Below are positions 44,899 to 58,890 of a stretch of 64,000 nt of DNA, one piece after another. Location of the stretch: the NCBI RefSeq assembly GCF_009914755.1, contig NC_060938.1, one strand, 5' to 3'. Both the position numbers and the translations under genes were made by a program. This DNA comes from the human T2T-CHM13v2.0 reference genome, Homo sapiens. The first letter of the stretch is position 1. Each line of letters opens with the position of its first letter. The notes under the pieces are model-generated. The model was not told where the DNA came from and searched no databases. It saw only the letters and a program-made list of their open reading frames with translations.

Positions 44899-45542
44899 CA
44901 AAATGTAAAGCACTGATGTAGATTGTCTAAAATTTTGTTTAGTATCTAATATGTGACTTTGTGCTTTACTATCACTAATGGATCAGTTTAAAAGCCTAAT
45001 TGCAATTTTAATTTTTTAGACACTTAAAACCTTTTTGTTAAAATGATTCTCACACTAGATTAATAAAATATGTCACACAAAAAAATTAAGAACTACCATG
45101 TATAGTCTTAAGATTTAGACAAATGTTTAGACATGTAGAGAATTTATATGCAAATTGTATGGCTCCCTCCTTTCAGGGATTTTTTTTTTCCCTTAATTTC
45201 CAGCCCTGAGCTCCAATTTTTGATTCTTCAGCTCAGTAATTTTCCTGTTTTCTGCTTGAGTTCTTTCTCCTGTGTGCCATGTAATGTGTCAGGTACCCTC
45301 AGGAGAAAAGCTGGTTAAAAATATATATTACCTTATGTGATTCTCTTCTTTCAAGAGTTAACCCCTCCAGTTTCTGCCTGCTTTGAACTGCTTTCATTGC
45401 CCTCATATGGTTTGTTGTTGTTGTTGTTTTATATATAAAGAAAGTACACGTATACAACTTTTAGTGTTAAACAGACATAATTTTCTTTCTATTTTGTCAC
45501 CCCACACGGTCTGTAAAATTTTGCCAAATGCTAGGGAGGTTG

Positions 45543-45812
<270 letters not shown>

Positions 45813-46448
45813 TGACATAGAAGGATGTCAACACTAAATTGTTACATGGGGAAAAACAAGTTTTAGAACAGTATATATACTATCGTATTTTTGTTTTTTT
45901 ACATATACACACAGACTTAGTAGATTATATGTAGAAAACAACATGGAGGCATCCATTTCTAATTCTAATGGGGGTTGTGAGGGCTGGAATCAAGAGGGTT
46001 ACGTTTATACATTTCTAATGTTAATTTAAATTTTTTATTACAAACATTTATAACTTTTGCCATCAAAAGAAAACACAGTTTTGAAAAATTTGCTATTTTG
46101 TGTTTTTACTTTTGCAATTGACTGAGTATATTCATATTTCCTATAGAATCTAAAATGTGACAGTTTGAGCATATAAATATTACAGTGTTCTCAGTTTGTC
46201 TTATGAGACTTTCAGTGCAGTTGGACTTTTTTTCTATTTAGGATTTCAACCTATATGAATAATGTGTTTTCTATTATTTAAATTGGTATTTTTAAAAAAC
46301 TACAATTTTTTATTGTCAATTTGTAAAATAAACAAAAACTAGCAGTCCCCAAACTGCTGAATTAGCTAAGCTCTTTTCATTCTTTTCTTTTAAGTCAAAT
46401 TAATGTGAAACCTGTGAGTAGAGTAAGCTTATGTATTGAAACTGCCTA

Positions 46449-46810
46449 GACCAGGTGCAGAGGCTCACACTTGTTATCCCAGCACTTTAGGTGGTTGAGG
46501 TAGCAGGATCACTTGAGCTCAGACCAGCCTGGACAGCATAGTGAAACTTTGTCTACAACCTTTCGAGTAGCTGGGAACACAGGCACACACCACCATGCCC
46601 AGCAAATTTTTTGCAATTTTTGTAGAGACAGAGTTTTGCCAAATTAGCCAGGCTTGGTGGCCTGTGCCTGCGGTCCCAGCTACTCAGGAGGCTGAGGTGG
46701 GAGGATGGTTTGAGCCCAGCAGGTCAAGGCTAGCCATGACTGCACCACTACACTCCAGCCTCCTAGCCTGGGTGACAGAGTGACACCCCGTCTCAAAAAA
46801 AAAAAAAAAA
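46449..46810 (+). mobile_element. Rearranged AluJ-like element with an internal inverted Alu segment (46561-46640)
   Basis: Sense-antisense-sense Alu order; aaactgcc on both flanks. Confidence 0.88.
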
Positions 46811-47044
46811 GGAAAGAAAAACTGCCCATAGGGGATCAAAATACTGATTTAGTCAATCCTTTGGAAAAAATGCAGTCACATTGATTGGTCAGCTCCATAT
46901 AAAAATAGTTTTCTTCTGACTCCCTGTTGTTTTCTTTATTAATGGGAAGGTTCATTTCTGAAACTTATTTTTACCCTTGAAATTATAAATCCTTTTATGT
47001 GAGCTTGTGAGGGAAATTATAAATCCTTTTATGTGTGCTTGTCG

Positions 47045-47200
47045 GGGGAGGGTTGAAAAATTACCTTTTGAGTACAGTGTTCACTGTTCGGGTGATGGGT
47101 GCACTAAAAGCCCAGACATCACCACTATGCAATATATGCATGTAAGAAGGCTGTACTTGTACCCCCTAAATATATTTTTTAGTTTTTTAAAAATTAAAAA
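47045..47200 (+). mobile_element. L1PB-like 3' end fragment
   Basis: gagggttgaaaaattacc...ggtgatgggtgcactaaaagcccagac...cttgtaccccctaaat. Confidence 0.8.
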
Positions 47201-47346
47201 AATGTGGAAAAATAAATACATAAAATCGTGTGTAACGTGAAATTGTATGTATCTATCACATCTGTTATTTTTGATGCTGATGTATTTTATAAGTATCTAT
47301 TTTAATTAAGAGCCAAGATCATTTCTAACATTTATTGTTAAAATAG

Positions 47347-47402
47347 GTGCTGTTCCTATAATCAGATGTTCAAGAGGAACAGCAGCAGAAATGGTAGCAG
47401 TG
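47347..47402 (+). CDS. SCFD1: SCFD1 exon 8 (GAVPIIRCSRGTAAEMVAV)
   Basis: aatAG / GTaagt; 56 nt; SM-family PIIR motif. Confidence 0.96.
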
Positions 47403-48383
47403 GTAAGTTCATGCGGATATCACGTGGAGATAAATAACATTGTGTGAATTGTTTTCCCACAAGTAACGCAACTGTTTTGTTAATATTTAAATATATGATT
47501 GCTTGGTTGTAGGTACCAATAGCAAATATTTTTATTTTATTACATTGAGATTGCACCGAAGATAAAAAGTAATCATTTATTTCCACACGAGAAAGTAAAA
47601 TTATTTACTCCGGTGTGCTATTCCAGTCCTATTTCTTTTTTTAAAACTAAAATGTATATTCCTCATTCAACCTTGTCTCTCCAAGCAGTATTTTACACTT
47701 ATTTGATCCCCCAGATTACTTAATATTTAACTTCATTTAGCAAATATTACTAATCATAACCATTTTTAAAATGAAGTGCTTTTTGCTATCCCACTATATT
47801 GAAGTAAAATATTAAGTATAAAGTAGGTGTTCATAAATTTGCTTTAAAGATTAAGAAATGAGTAAGGGATTAGAGAAATTATAGAATTACTGAAAAAGAA
47901 GGAGGTATTTTGGAACTTTATTAGCCCAAGTGAATTACTGACTGGTGGAAGACTGCCTTCTTTCATATATTCCATTTCTCTTCTGAGGCTTCTTGTACCC
48001 ACCACTACTTTGTTCACTCCTACCCACCCAAGTCAACGTTTTCTCCATATAGACACCTTCCTTGATAAAACAGTCATGCTTAGGAAAAGAGTGTGCGTCA
48101 TTACTGCAAATCGTTTCCCATAGCCAAAGTAAAATTAGTCAATGAAAGGTTCTTCTTAGTGACATCAGGCCCGACTCACAGTGGAAAAGGCACTGATCTT
48201 TGTTAAGTCCAAGTTATGATGATATGGAAGTGGTAAGACGGAGCTAAAATATTTAGATATTAGATTTGCTATTTGTAAAGAAATTCCAGGTTTCTTGGTT
48301 ATGAAACTAAAAACACATTTTGAATTAACCTCCATAAAGTTATATGAAACTGTTAAGAGTTAATCTAAAATTTTATTTTTCAG

Positions 48384-48469
48384 AAACTAGACAAGAAACT
48401 TCGAGAAAATCTAAGAGATGCAAGAAACAGTCTTTTTACAGGTGATACACTTGGAGCTGGCCAATTCAG
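48384..48469 (+). CDS. SCFD1: SCFD1 exon 9 (KLDKKLRENLRD...AGQF)
   Basis: tttcAG / GTatta; 86 nt. Confidence 0.95.
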
Positions 48470-49639
48470 GTATTACTGTTATTAAATACACTTGTAAGAC
48501 TTTAAAATATTTGTAGAGTTTTTTTGTTACTTTTCTTGGCTGATAGAATATCCTTGTAATTGAAATTTGTTTCTTTTTAATGAGCTAATCAGGATCAAGG
48601 TTTTGACTCATATTGTTCTTAAAATACAAGTGGAATATTTTATTCAATTTACCTTTTGGTAAAAATTTCTAAGCATTTTATCATCTATAAGAAAAATTTT
48701 TCTGTGTATAAGGCTTTGAAGGTCAGAAGCCATTTTCTTTCAATTATCATTAAACCGCTTGGTTATTTTTCACAGAGTGAAAAACTTGTGATACTTATAT
48801 CTGTTTCTACCTTTATTAATCTGATTTCCATTTTATACTTAAATACTAATAGCCTAAACTTGAAAAACATTTTATTATTGTTAGCATTTCTAGCATAAGT
48901 AAGGCCAATGTTTTTGGCTGCTTATTATTGAATAGAAATACTAAAAAACCCTATACATTATAGTATATTTAACTTCTGATTGTTAATAGTAATGGAGTAA
49001 AGAAGTAAAGAAACCCACTCAAATGGCTGAGAATTGTTTAAAGAAGAGATTATATTCTGGAAAATTAATTCTTAACCCCAGTTTAGATGAATTAATAAAT
49101 AAAGCCCAAAATAAACAGATGCCCAGAGAAATAACTGCCCACTAGAAGTAATAATTTCATAATAACTTTCTGTAGACTTCATCTCAAGTCAATTTGGTGT
49201 CTCCTACAGCCTTATAAACTGCTTGTATAATTGGGAGTTCACACTAACACTGTGTTTCAATTGTTTGGTTAACTGTCTCAGTTTCCACATTATTTTAAAT
49301 GGTTCTATGATTTCATTTCTGGTCTTAAGTATTCTTCAAAATGTTTCTCATTAGGTAGAAGAAAAACATCAAATTCTCACCTGATCTTTTTTTTTTTTTA
49401 ACAGAACCAACCACTGTGTCATATCTTACTTAATAGTTCCCTTTTTATAGCTCTCTGGGATAGGCCTTAGAAACCAGTATAAAGGCACTGTTTTATTTGG
49501 ATAATTTTTTTAAATTTATTCACATTATCATAATATGGGCGTCTTGTTTCTCAACTTGTTGGATCTATTTCTTAATCATTTTCCTTAGTGGTCACAACCT
49601 TGCTGGACTATTGTTAAATACATTTGAATCCAACCATAG

Positions 49640-49850
49640 GCTGGTGATTTTCAACTAAGGGCAGTTTTTGCCTCCCATAGCCATTTGGTAATGTCTGGAG
49701 ACATGTTTGGTTGTCATAACTGGTAGGTGTTACTAGAATCTTGTATACATTGTAGGATGCTGCTAAACATCCTATAATGCACACCACAACCCCCTATAAC
49801 AAGAAATTATCCAGCCCCAAATGTCAGCAGTTCTAGGGTTAAGAAACCCT
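49640..49850. mobile_element. MER20
   Basis: catttggtaatgtctggagaca...ggatgctgctaaacatcctataatgcac...gaaaccctg. Confidence 0.85.
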
Positions 49851-50506
49851 GCGGTAGGCCATCCTCCCTTACCTTCCATCTAGCTCTGGTAAATCATAGT
49901 AGATCGCAAGGGTGCCACTCTGACTTTTTATCCCCGAGTCAATGCAGTTAGGAAATCCACTGTCCTATACCCAGAAGAGTGTAATGAGTTAATTCTATTG
50001 CGAAAGGAAATATGTAAACAGATAGTGATGCCTTTTGAAAAGTGGTGCGTACTCCTGATATGATAGTGCCTCTAAAGCAGATCTCTAAAACTTCTGTAGA
50101 CACATGATAACCAAATGACTGTGCCTCAATTTGCTTTCGGTGGTACTTTATTTCACATCTAAATTGTAATAATGGAGCAACAGTACATGAGGTATCATAT
50201 GCCTTCTCTGTTAAGGGGATAATAATATAATTAGGTACCATTATGGCATTATGTTTTCATTTTGTATATTATAGTGGTATAGCGTTTTTTGAGGCTCTTC
50301 TCCAGAGTCTGCTTGAGTTTGTGTTTATAGGAAAAAAATTATAATTTATGAAACTGTCAAACATTTGTGTAAATTTATAAGCTCCTACTCTTTGTTTTCC
50401 CTGAAGCTGACAATAACTATTCCTTATTGCCTTTTTTTACAGAAACATCAAAAACTTCTGAGTAGAAGCAGCTTATTATTTTGCTAACCACAAAAATTAT
50501 TCTTTA

Positions 50507-50913
<407 letters not shown>

Positions 50914-50933
50914 TTAAATTTGTTTTTTAAAAG

Positions 50934-51128
50934 CCAGCCTCCCCCGTCTCTATAAAAATGTTTAAAAATTAGCCAGGTGTGTGATGGTGCATGCCTGTAG
51001 TCCCAGCTACTCCAGAAACCAAGGCAGAAGGATTGCTTGAGCCCAGGAGTTCAAGGCTGCAGTTAGCTATGATCGCGCCACTGCACTCCAGCCTGGGTGA
51101 CATAGCAAGACCCTGTCTCAACAAAAAG
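50934..51128 (+). mobile_element. 5'-truncated Alu (AluJ-like)
   Basis: Mid A-rich linker plus right monomer. Confidence 0.88.
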
Positions 51129-51140
51129 CAAAGTATTGTG

Positions 51141-51170
51141 GTGCTTGCTTCAGCAGCACATATACTAAAA
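51141..51170 (+). pseudogene. 3'-truncated U6 snRNA retrocopy (U6 nt 1-30)
   Basis: gtgcttgcttcagcagcacatatactaaaa vs U6 GTGCTCGCTTCGGCAGCACATATACTAAAA (28/30, both changes at CpG); caaagtatt on both flanks. Confidence 0.88.
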
Positions 51171-51307
51171 AACAAAGTATTAGGAATTGTCAATATTAGC
51201 ATACTATTATTCATATCAAAATGGCATATACTGGAAAGTAGTAGAATATTTTAGATGTATACACTGGTATCAAGAGTTATGTAATTTTTTTATATGTATA
51301 TTTACAG

Positions 51308-51407
51308 CTTCCAGAGGCCCTTATTAGTCCTTGTTGACAGAAACATAGATTTGGCAACTCCTTTACATCATACTTGGACATATCAAGCATTGGTGCACGA
51401 TGTACTG
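51308..51407 (+). CDS. SCFD1: SCFD1 exon 10 ([33 protein letters not shown])
   Basis: tacAG / GTaaga; 100 nt; SM hallmark DRxxDxxTPLxHxxTYQ; cumulative CDS 855 nt = 285 codons. Confidence 0.97.
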
Positions 51408-52211
51408 GTAAGAGACTAAATGCAGCACTTATTACTGAAATATAGTAACATGCAGTGTTCCCTTTAATTTAAAATTAACATCATGGCTACAGAAACAAAA
51501 ATGAGAAGGATGGAACTGAGACCTATGAACAAAACAAGTGATGGGATTTGGTATTACTGGGTGTGGATGCTGGAAAATGTGAAGCATTAAAGTTTAGTTT
51601 CAAATTTATGATCTTTATAGGGTAAAGTAGTGGTTTTGTTGGCCATGGAAAAGAAGGAAAAGAAAACAATTGAAGAAAATGGATTATTTTGTTTTATTTT
51701 TAATTTTCTAACCGAATAAGTAAATAAATGTGTTCTCCCTTAGGAGAAAAGCAGTAATTTCTCCCTTTTCTCTGGGAGTCAGTTAAACCTCATTTTACGT
51801 TAAAAAAAAAATAGTATTTTTTATGTTACACCATATGTTTTCTGAAGTAATTCCACATATCTGATTTTATGCTTATAGCAAAAATTTGTATTTATGCATA
51901 TGTAAATTTAGCTGCTAAGTGTTGTGTTTAGCATGTGACATACACAGGTGATAAAACACGGCTTCAGTCTTCAAAGACAATGGAAAGAAAATAGGTACAC
52001 AAATAATTTCTCTATGAGACACTATGTAATCAGGCCAGAATAGTCTCTATTTGATAGACAGACGTTAAAGAATTTGAACTCAAATCATGGGCTTTGTTAA
52101 AACTAACACTGTAGTTTACTAACTCCTAGCTCAGGACTCTAGGGATTACACTATATAATCATATCATGATAGTAAAGACTGCCCAACATGTCATATAAAC
52201 AGGGAATGAAA

Positions 52212-52540
<329 letters not shown>

Positions 52541-52789
52541 TTATTTCTTTAAAACCTGGATATTGGCTCTAAAGTGTTTATTTAAATAAATCAGATTTAG
52601 AATTACTGATGGAAATTGGCCATTCTTCTATGCCATGACTCTAGGATGAGTGTCGAAGAAATAGCAGTCAACTTTAATTCAGTAGACAGGGCAAGAAGAA
52701 TCAAAGGGACTCTTAAATTAAACCCTAAGTAGTAGAACATGGAATCAGGCTTTAGGAGGTCAAGTAAGAGGTGGGAGAGGAGGAATTCA

Positions 52790-54160
52790 GTTCTACCAAT
52801 ATTTGAGTGCCTACTCTTTAACACACTTTCTAAACCCTGGCTTCAATAGTAACAAAAACAATAGCTTTCCTGTCTTTCTAGAGCTTACATTCTAGTAGGG
52901 GAAACAGGCAATAAAGAAAATAAAACTTGCAGCATTTCAGAAGGTGGAAGATACCCTGAAAGACAGTAAAGTAGATAATGGTGAACAGGAGTGAAATTTT
53001 AAAACAGGGAAGTTCTCACTGATAAAATGACATTTGAGTAAAGATCTAAAGGAGGTAAGGTAGTGAATTATATAGCTATGTGGGAAAAGAACATAAGCAG
53101 AAGGATGACTAATATGTTTGGAAAATGGCAGGGCAGCCAGATGGCTACAATGAAGAGAGGCAGGGGAAGAGAAGCAGGAGAAAAGGTTAAATAAATAGGA
53201 CCCAGGAAGCAATATAATACAGGACTCTAGGGATTATAGTATATGATTGTATTGTGATTGTAAAGGCCATTGACTTTAATTTGATGGAAATGGGGAACCA
53301 CATGGGATTCTAATATACATTTGAAGACTGTCACTCTAGCTGTTATACTGAAAATGGACTCCTTGGGGGCACAGGAAGAGCAAGATCGGTTAGGAGGCTG
53401 TTGCAGTTATCTTAGCTGAGATGATAGCAGCTTATAGCAGGACAGAAATGGTAAGGGCTGTGTTTTTTATACTGACTGTAGAGTATAGGATTTGCTGATA
53501 AGTTAGATGTGGGAGTTAGATGTAGAGAGAGAGAGAACTCAAAGATGACTCCAAGGTTTTAGCCTTTGCAAATGGCAAGACGTTGTTGTTTAGTGGGATG
53601 GAAAAGGCAGTTTCCCCAGGGAAGATCAGATGTTTAGTTTTGGGTATGTTAAATGTGAGATGCCGGCCAGGCATGGTGGCTCATACCTGTAATCTCAGCA
53701 CTTGGGGAGGCCAAGGCAGGAGGATCACGTGGGCCCAGGAGTTCAAGACCAGCCTGGCAACATAAGGAAGCACCATCTTTACAAAAAATAAAAATTAGTG
53801 ACTTGTGGTGGCACACCTACTCAGGAGGCTTAGGTGGGAGGATCAGTTGATCCCCAACAGGTTGTGGCTACTACAGTGAACTGTGATCACATCACTGTCC
53901 TCCAGCCTGGGTAACAGAGTAAAGACCCTGTCTCAAAAAAAAAAAAATGAGGTGCCCATTAAGATATCAAAATGTAAATGTTGAGTAGGTAGTTACATGA
54001 GTCTGGAGTTCAGGAAAAAAGTCTGGTCCTCAGCCTCCCAAAGTGCTGAGATTACAAGCATGAGCCACTGCACCCGGACAGAAAATATTTTTAAATGACG
54101 GAAATTACAACATGTTTGTATACTAATGGGAATGATCCAAACAGCGAAGTTAATGATGCA
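52790..54160 (-). mobile_element. L2 remnant interrupted by an Alu (+, 53664-53947) and a 50-bp antisense Alu stub (54028-54078)
   Basis: tatttgagtgcctact..., tcaaagatgactccaaggtttt, gagtctggagttcagg (antisense L2 motifs). Confidence 0.75.
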
Positions 54161-54205
54161 GGAGATAAGAGCGTCCTGCAGGTGGCATTAGTGAGCACTG
54201 TGGAC

Positions 54206-54430
54206 CAGGATTTCTCAACCTTGGCATTATTGACGTTTTGGACCTGATCATTCTTTGTTGGGGGGCAGGGGGAGCTGTCCTGTGCATTGTAGGATGTTTA
54301 GCATCATTCCTGGCCTTGACTCTCTAGGTGCCAGTGGAACTCCCTCAGTTGTGACAATCAAAACGTCTTACACACGCCAATTATACCCCGGGTGGCAGAA
54401 AGGGGCAAAATTGCCCAATTGAGAACCATG
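54206..54430. mobile_element. MER20 (opposite orientation to the 49640 copy)
   Basis: caggatttctcaaccttggcattattgac...gtgcattgtaggatgtttagc...ttgagaacca. Confidence 0.85.
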
Positions 54431-56134
54431 GTTACAGGCTGACAACATGAGTTTCAAAGCTAGTTTTAGGAAAGAGGGCAAGTAAAGAGTCTGGGAGTAG
54501 CAAGGAAGACACCTAATTCCAGTCTCAGATCCAGTGGTATGAGCTGTGAGAGGTTAAAGAAAAAAAAAAATCAGGTTCCCATTTGAGAAGGCTCCAGGGG
54601 TTAGCCAGTTGGAGTTCAATTAGAGCAAGAAAGAACAGGGAAAGTTTAGAGAGGATGTTCAGAATAGGAGATTTTGCTGATGACTGAGTATGGGTTCCAG
54701 AAGTGATGACAGGATTTCTAGAGTAGGGTAAGAATAGGAGATGGGGTCTCAGTGGGATTGGAGGTTAAAGAGTTGTACAGGGATTAATGGGCATAATAAG
54801 ATAGTATTGGTAGTCTCAAATCATATTTGGTTGGTGGGGCCCTTACTGTTGGGTAGGAGCAAGGGGCAAGTGTCTTAATAAGAGCATAGCATACAGATCA
54901 CGGGTGCCTCATCACACCTGCCAGTGGTGTTGGTGTTAAGGCAATCTAAAACACCGAGATGTCTAGGGATCCTTTCCAATTCTTGAACTTTAAGAGTCCC
55001 TGGGCTCCCTCTTCATTCCCCTGGATGGAGGAAATTAAAGTACAGGGTGCTTTGAGTACAGGAGATAAGACACATGTACAAATAATTGCAACATAAAAAG
55101 GGTAGACTCAGTCTCCATTGTCAGAAGAGGAAATTGGGAAATATAACTTAGGGCAGAGATTCCCTAAAACCAAACAAGGATAATACTGGTCCTTGATGAG
55201 GTTTTCACTGTTTCAGAATGAGATGAGAATAAAAAGGACTATGAAATGTGTTTTTATACTGGCCTTTATACAATTTTTATTTCCTACTATTTGAAGTGAA
55301 AATATCCTTTTAAAAATAAAAGGTGGTGAAAGTAGATGGTAGAGTTTTTTTGTTTAATCTTCACATAAAAAGTTGGGAATCTTTGAAGAGGTTGGTTATA
55401 ATTAACTATGCAACTTAAAATGACTTAATTCTGTTTATTAATCTTAATGCAGTTTCTGGATATGAACAAACTATAACTGAGATGTCATAAATTATAATCA
55501 CAAAAATTTTTGTTGATTGCTAAACCTGCTACTTTTGAAGGTCTTCAGAGCTTTTAAAACGCTTAATAATTATACCCTTTGCCTCCACAAGATGGAGTAA
55601 GTAAATAGTAAATGTTAACTTAAAATTGCAGTTTACTTTTTATATTAAATGTCTTTGCCTGAAAATCTGCACCATTGATAATTGTTTATATATTAGAACT
55701 TACAAACAACTATGAAAATTCACACAGCTTCCCTCTGTGTCAGAAAGATGATTTTTCTCATTTTAAACGGGAAATACACACTTCTGGTTAAAAAAAAAAA
55801 GAAAAAGCAACTTTGCAGTGCCCATCTCCTTTTATTGGGATATAAGAAGCAAAATTAGTAATTAGAAGCCCTGATTCTTTTTTATTATATCTTGGTTGCA
55901 GGAGAGGTGGATTTGATTGTTCAGCTGCAGAGCTGTGGACTTCAGTCAAAGGGATGGACATTATTTTATCTCTGTTTTTTTACTTGGCCTTTATTTTTTC
56001 AAATCTTAGGTTCTCTTTTTGTACCTTTCACCCTCTGCTACTGACTCTTATTATTTGAAACATTAAATCGGAAGTTATACTAATAGACATAGGGACTTTA
56101 ATTAAAGTTTACCTTTTTTTCCAGTCAAGAATAA

Positions 56135-56511
<377 letters not shown>

Positions 56512-57019
56512 AAGATTATAGCTAATGCACCTAGCTAAGGTTATAAGAGAAGCACTTCAGGAACACCTATTTCCTTAAAGACGTGTGATTGCAATGTAAC
56601 AGGTGCCTAGATATAGTTCAAGATTGATGCTTTGGGTCCAAGGTTGACATTCTTTGATCCTCTAATCTTTATTAACACAAAACCTCTTGGTCAGCACTAT
56701 GTAGCCTAATTTCAAGCATTTGCCTAAAAGTCAAAAGTGTAATGTAAACTTTTACTCATTTAATCCAAGCAAATATATATTTTACTGTACTTGATAGGAA
56801 GTGTCTACTGAAGGTCTGTAGGCTATGTAAAAGCCCAAAAGATATCCCTGATTTCATTCACTTTTTAAAAATAGCAGTGTTTCAGTATATCTCCATATTT
56901 GTTGCTGTGTCTGAACTTGGATTGAATTTTTATTTAATCTAAGGGAGAAAAAGAGTATGTACTATTTACTGATCTAACTGTAGCTGCTATAGTTTTTTTT
57001 TTTTTTTTTGCCTTATATT

Positions 57020-57283
57020 CTAGTTGTATAACATTTGTCTATATGATGGAACATTTTACAAAGTTTTAATAATATATTTTATAATCAAATATATTCAAAA
57101 TATTTGCATTTCAACATAATATAGGATCATGTAATCAATTAATAATTTAAGATATTAGATGTTTTCTTTTCATATTTAAGTCTTATATATTTTACATTTA
57201 CATCACATCTCAATTCAGACTAACCACATTGAAGGTACTCAGTAGCCACCTGTGACTATTGGCGACTGTATTGGACAGTGCAA
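57020..57283. mobile_element. MER33/MER3-like hAT-Charlie element
   Basis: cacatctcaattcagactaaccacatt...tagccacctgtgacta...tattggacagtgca. Confidence 0.7.
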
Positions 57284-57689
57284 TTCTAAATCATAAGACC
57301 CAAATTCTTTACTACTTTTAGAGATTGAATGAATTGCTTATGAGTTGAAATTATCACATGAAGACTGGTAGAAATGTTTGCATATGGCCGGCAATGTATC
57401 TGGTGGGTGGGAGGGTTCCAGCTCATGAGTCCTAGGGTTGTAAACAGCTCTGCTTTAATAAAAATGAACAAGCTTCCCAAATATATTGCTGATGCTGTAA
57501 AGAATACCTTGGCCTCTGAATTAAGATAGGTTAGGTTGTGCTACTTAGTCTAACCCTCTAACCTCAGTGGCATAAAATAATAAAGATTTTTTTTTCTTGG
57601 TCATAGTATTTATTGTTCCTTGTCCAGTATGGATGAGCAAAACGATTGTGGGTTGTACTTCATATTTTTAGGTTCTGGTATGAATAAAA

Positions 57690-58890
57690 TTTTTTAAACT
57701 TTTACTAGGGAATATTTCAAATAACACAAATACAGAGAATACTGTAATGAACTCATGTTTACATTGTTCAGCTTCCCTGGTATTATATGATCTAAGCATG
57801 AATACTTCAGCATGTATCTATTTTTTAAAGTTATAATTTTACGCAACAAAATTAATGATAATTTCCTGGTGATATACCCGCTCTGTATTGATTGTTTCAA
57901 AGATGCTTCTTTACAGTTGGCTTGTTCAAATAAGGATCCAGAAATACATCTATACATGGCATTAGTTGATATGGCTCTTAAATCTCTCAGTTCCTCCCTC
58001 CTCACTTCTTTTTAATTGCCATTTTTTGATTGAAAGAATTAGGTCATTTTTCTATAGAATTTCCTACATTTTGGCATTTGGCTGATTGTATCCTTTTGTA
58101 TTCCCGATACTTTCTGTAAACTAATTGATTGTGGAAATTGATTAGATCTCATTCAATTCTTTGTCAAGGCCACTTTAACTAGCAGTGTTCTTTAGTTTCT
58201 GTTTTATTACATCAGGAGGTACATAATGTCTGTTTGTCCTAATGTTAGTGAACAGATTGATCAGTAGTTTCAGGTATTGTCAGCATGATCCATCCATTAA
58301 GGGTTCTCCATAAATCTTTTACCTAAAGGTTTAAATGTCACTGATAATTATTGCCTCTTTATTTTAATTACTGATGGCAAATGGTGATTTTCTGTTATTC
58401 CTCCTCCATCTTTTTAGCCAACATGCTTATATAAATAACTTTTTTTTTTTATCACCTACTTAGGACAAATGCTTGTCTTCCTTTGTCAATTTTCAGAATT
58501 AGTGAGTACCCTAGTAATTTGCAGAGACAATCAATAAAGTCATTTGTTTAAGTATCATTTTATGAACTAACAGATTTTTATATTTGAGATGTTTTTACAC
58601 TATTACAGTTGTTCATTTTGATGCTTGAATTATCTCGTTTTTGGCCTATCATGTTGGCCTTGATAGCTTCTTGACATAACCCCATCAGTCTTTGATAGTT
58701 TCTTTGCTTCCTGGTATGAAAAATATCCTAAGCTAATCATATTCATTTTCTGCCTCAGACCTGGCTGCATCCGTTTCTCAAAAAGCCTCTGGTTCCTTTG
58801 AGTAACAAATAGTGGATACCACAGTCTGGGCTATTAGCGCTGTTTATTTCTACTGGGATACTTTTGCTTCCAGACATTTTCCATGGCGAA
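57690..58890 (-). mobile_element. Ancient L1 (L1ME/MC-like) remnant
   Basis: Diverged L1 3'-region-like sequence, similar to remnants near 11000-11700 and 34720-35180. Confidence 0.55.

Noticed and set aside
49860-50340. Non-repetitive stretch with a 97-aa minus ORF and a TGTAAACA motif
   Set aside because: Could be a conserved non-coding element, but nothing beyond isolated motifs supports it; no coding signature
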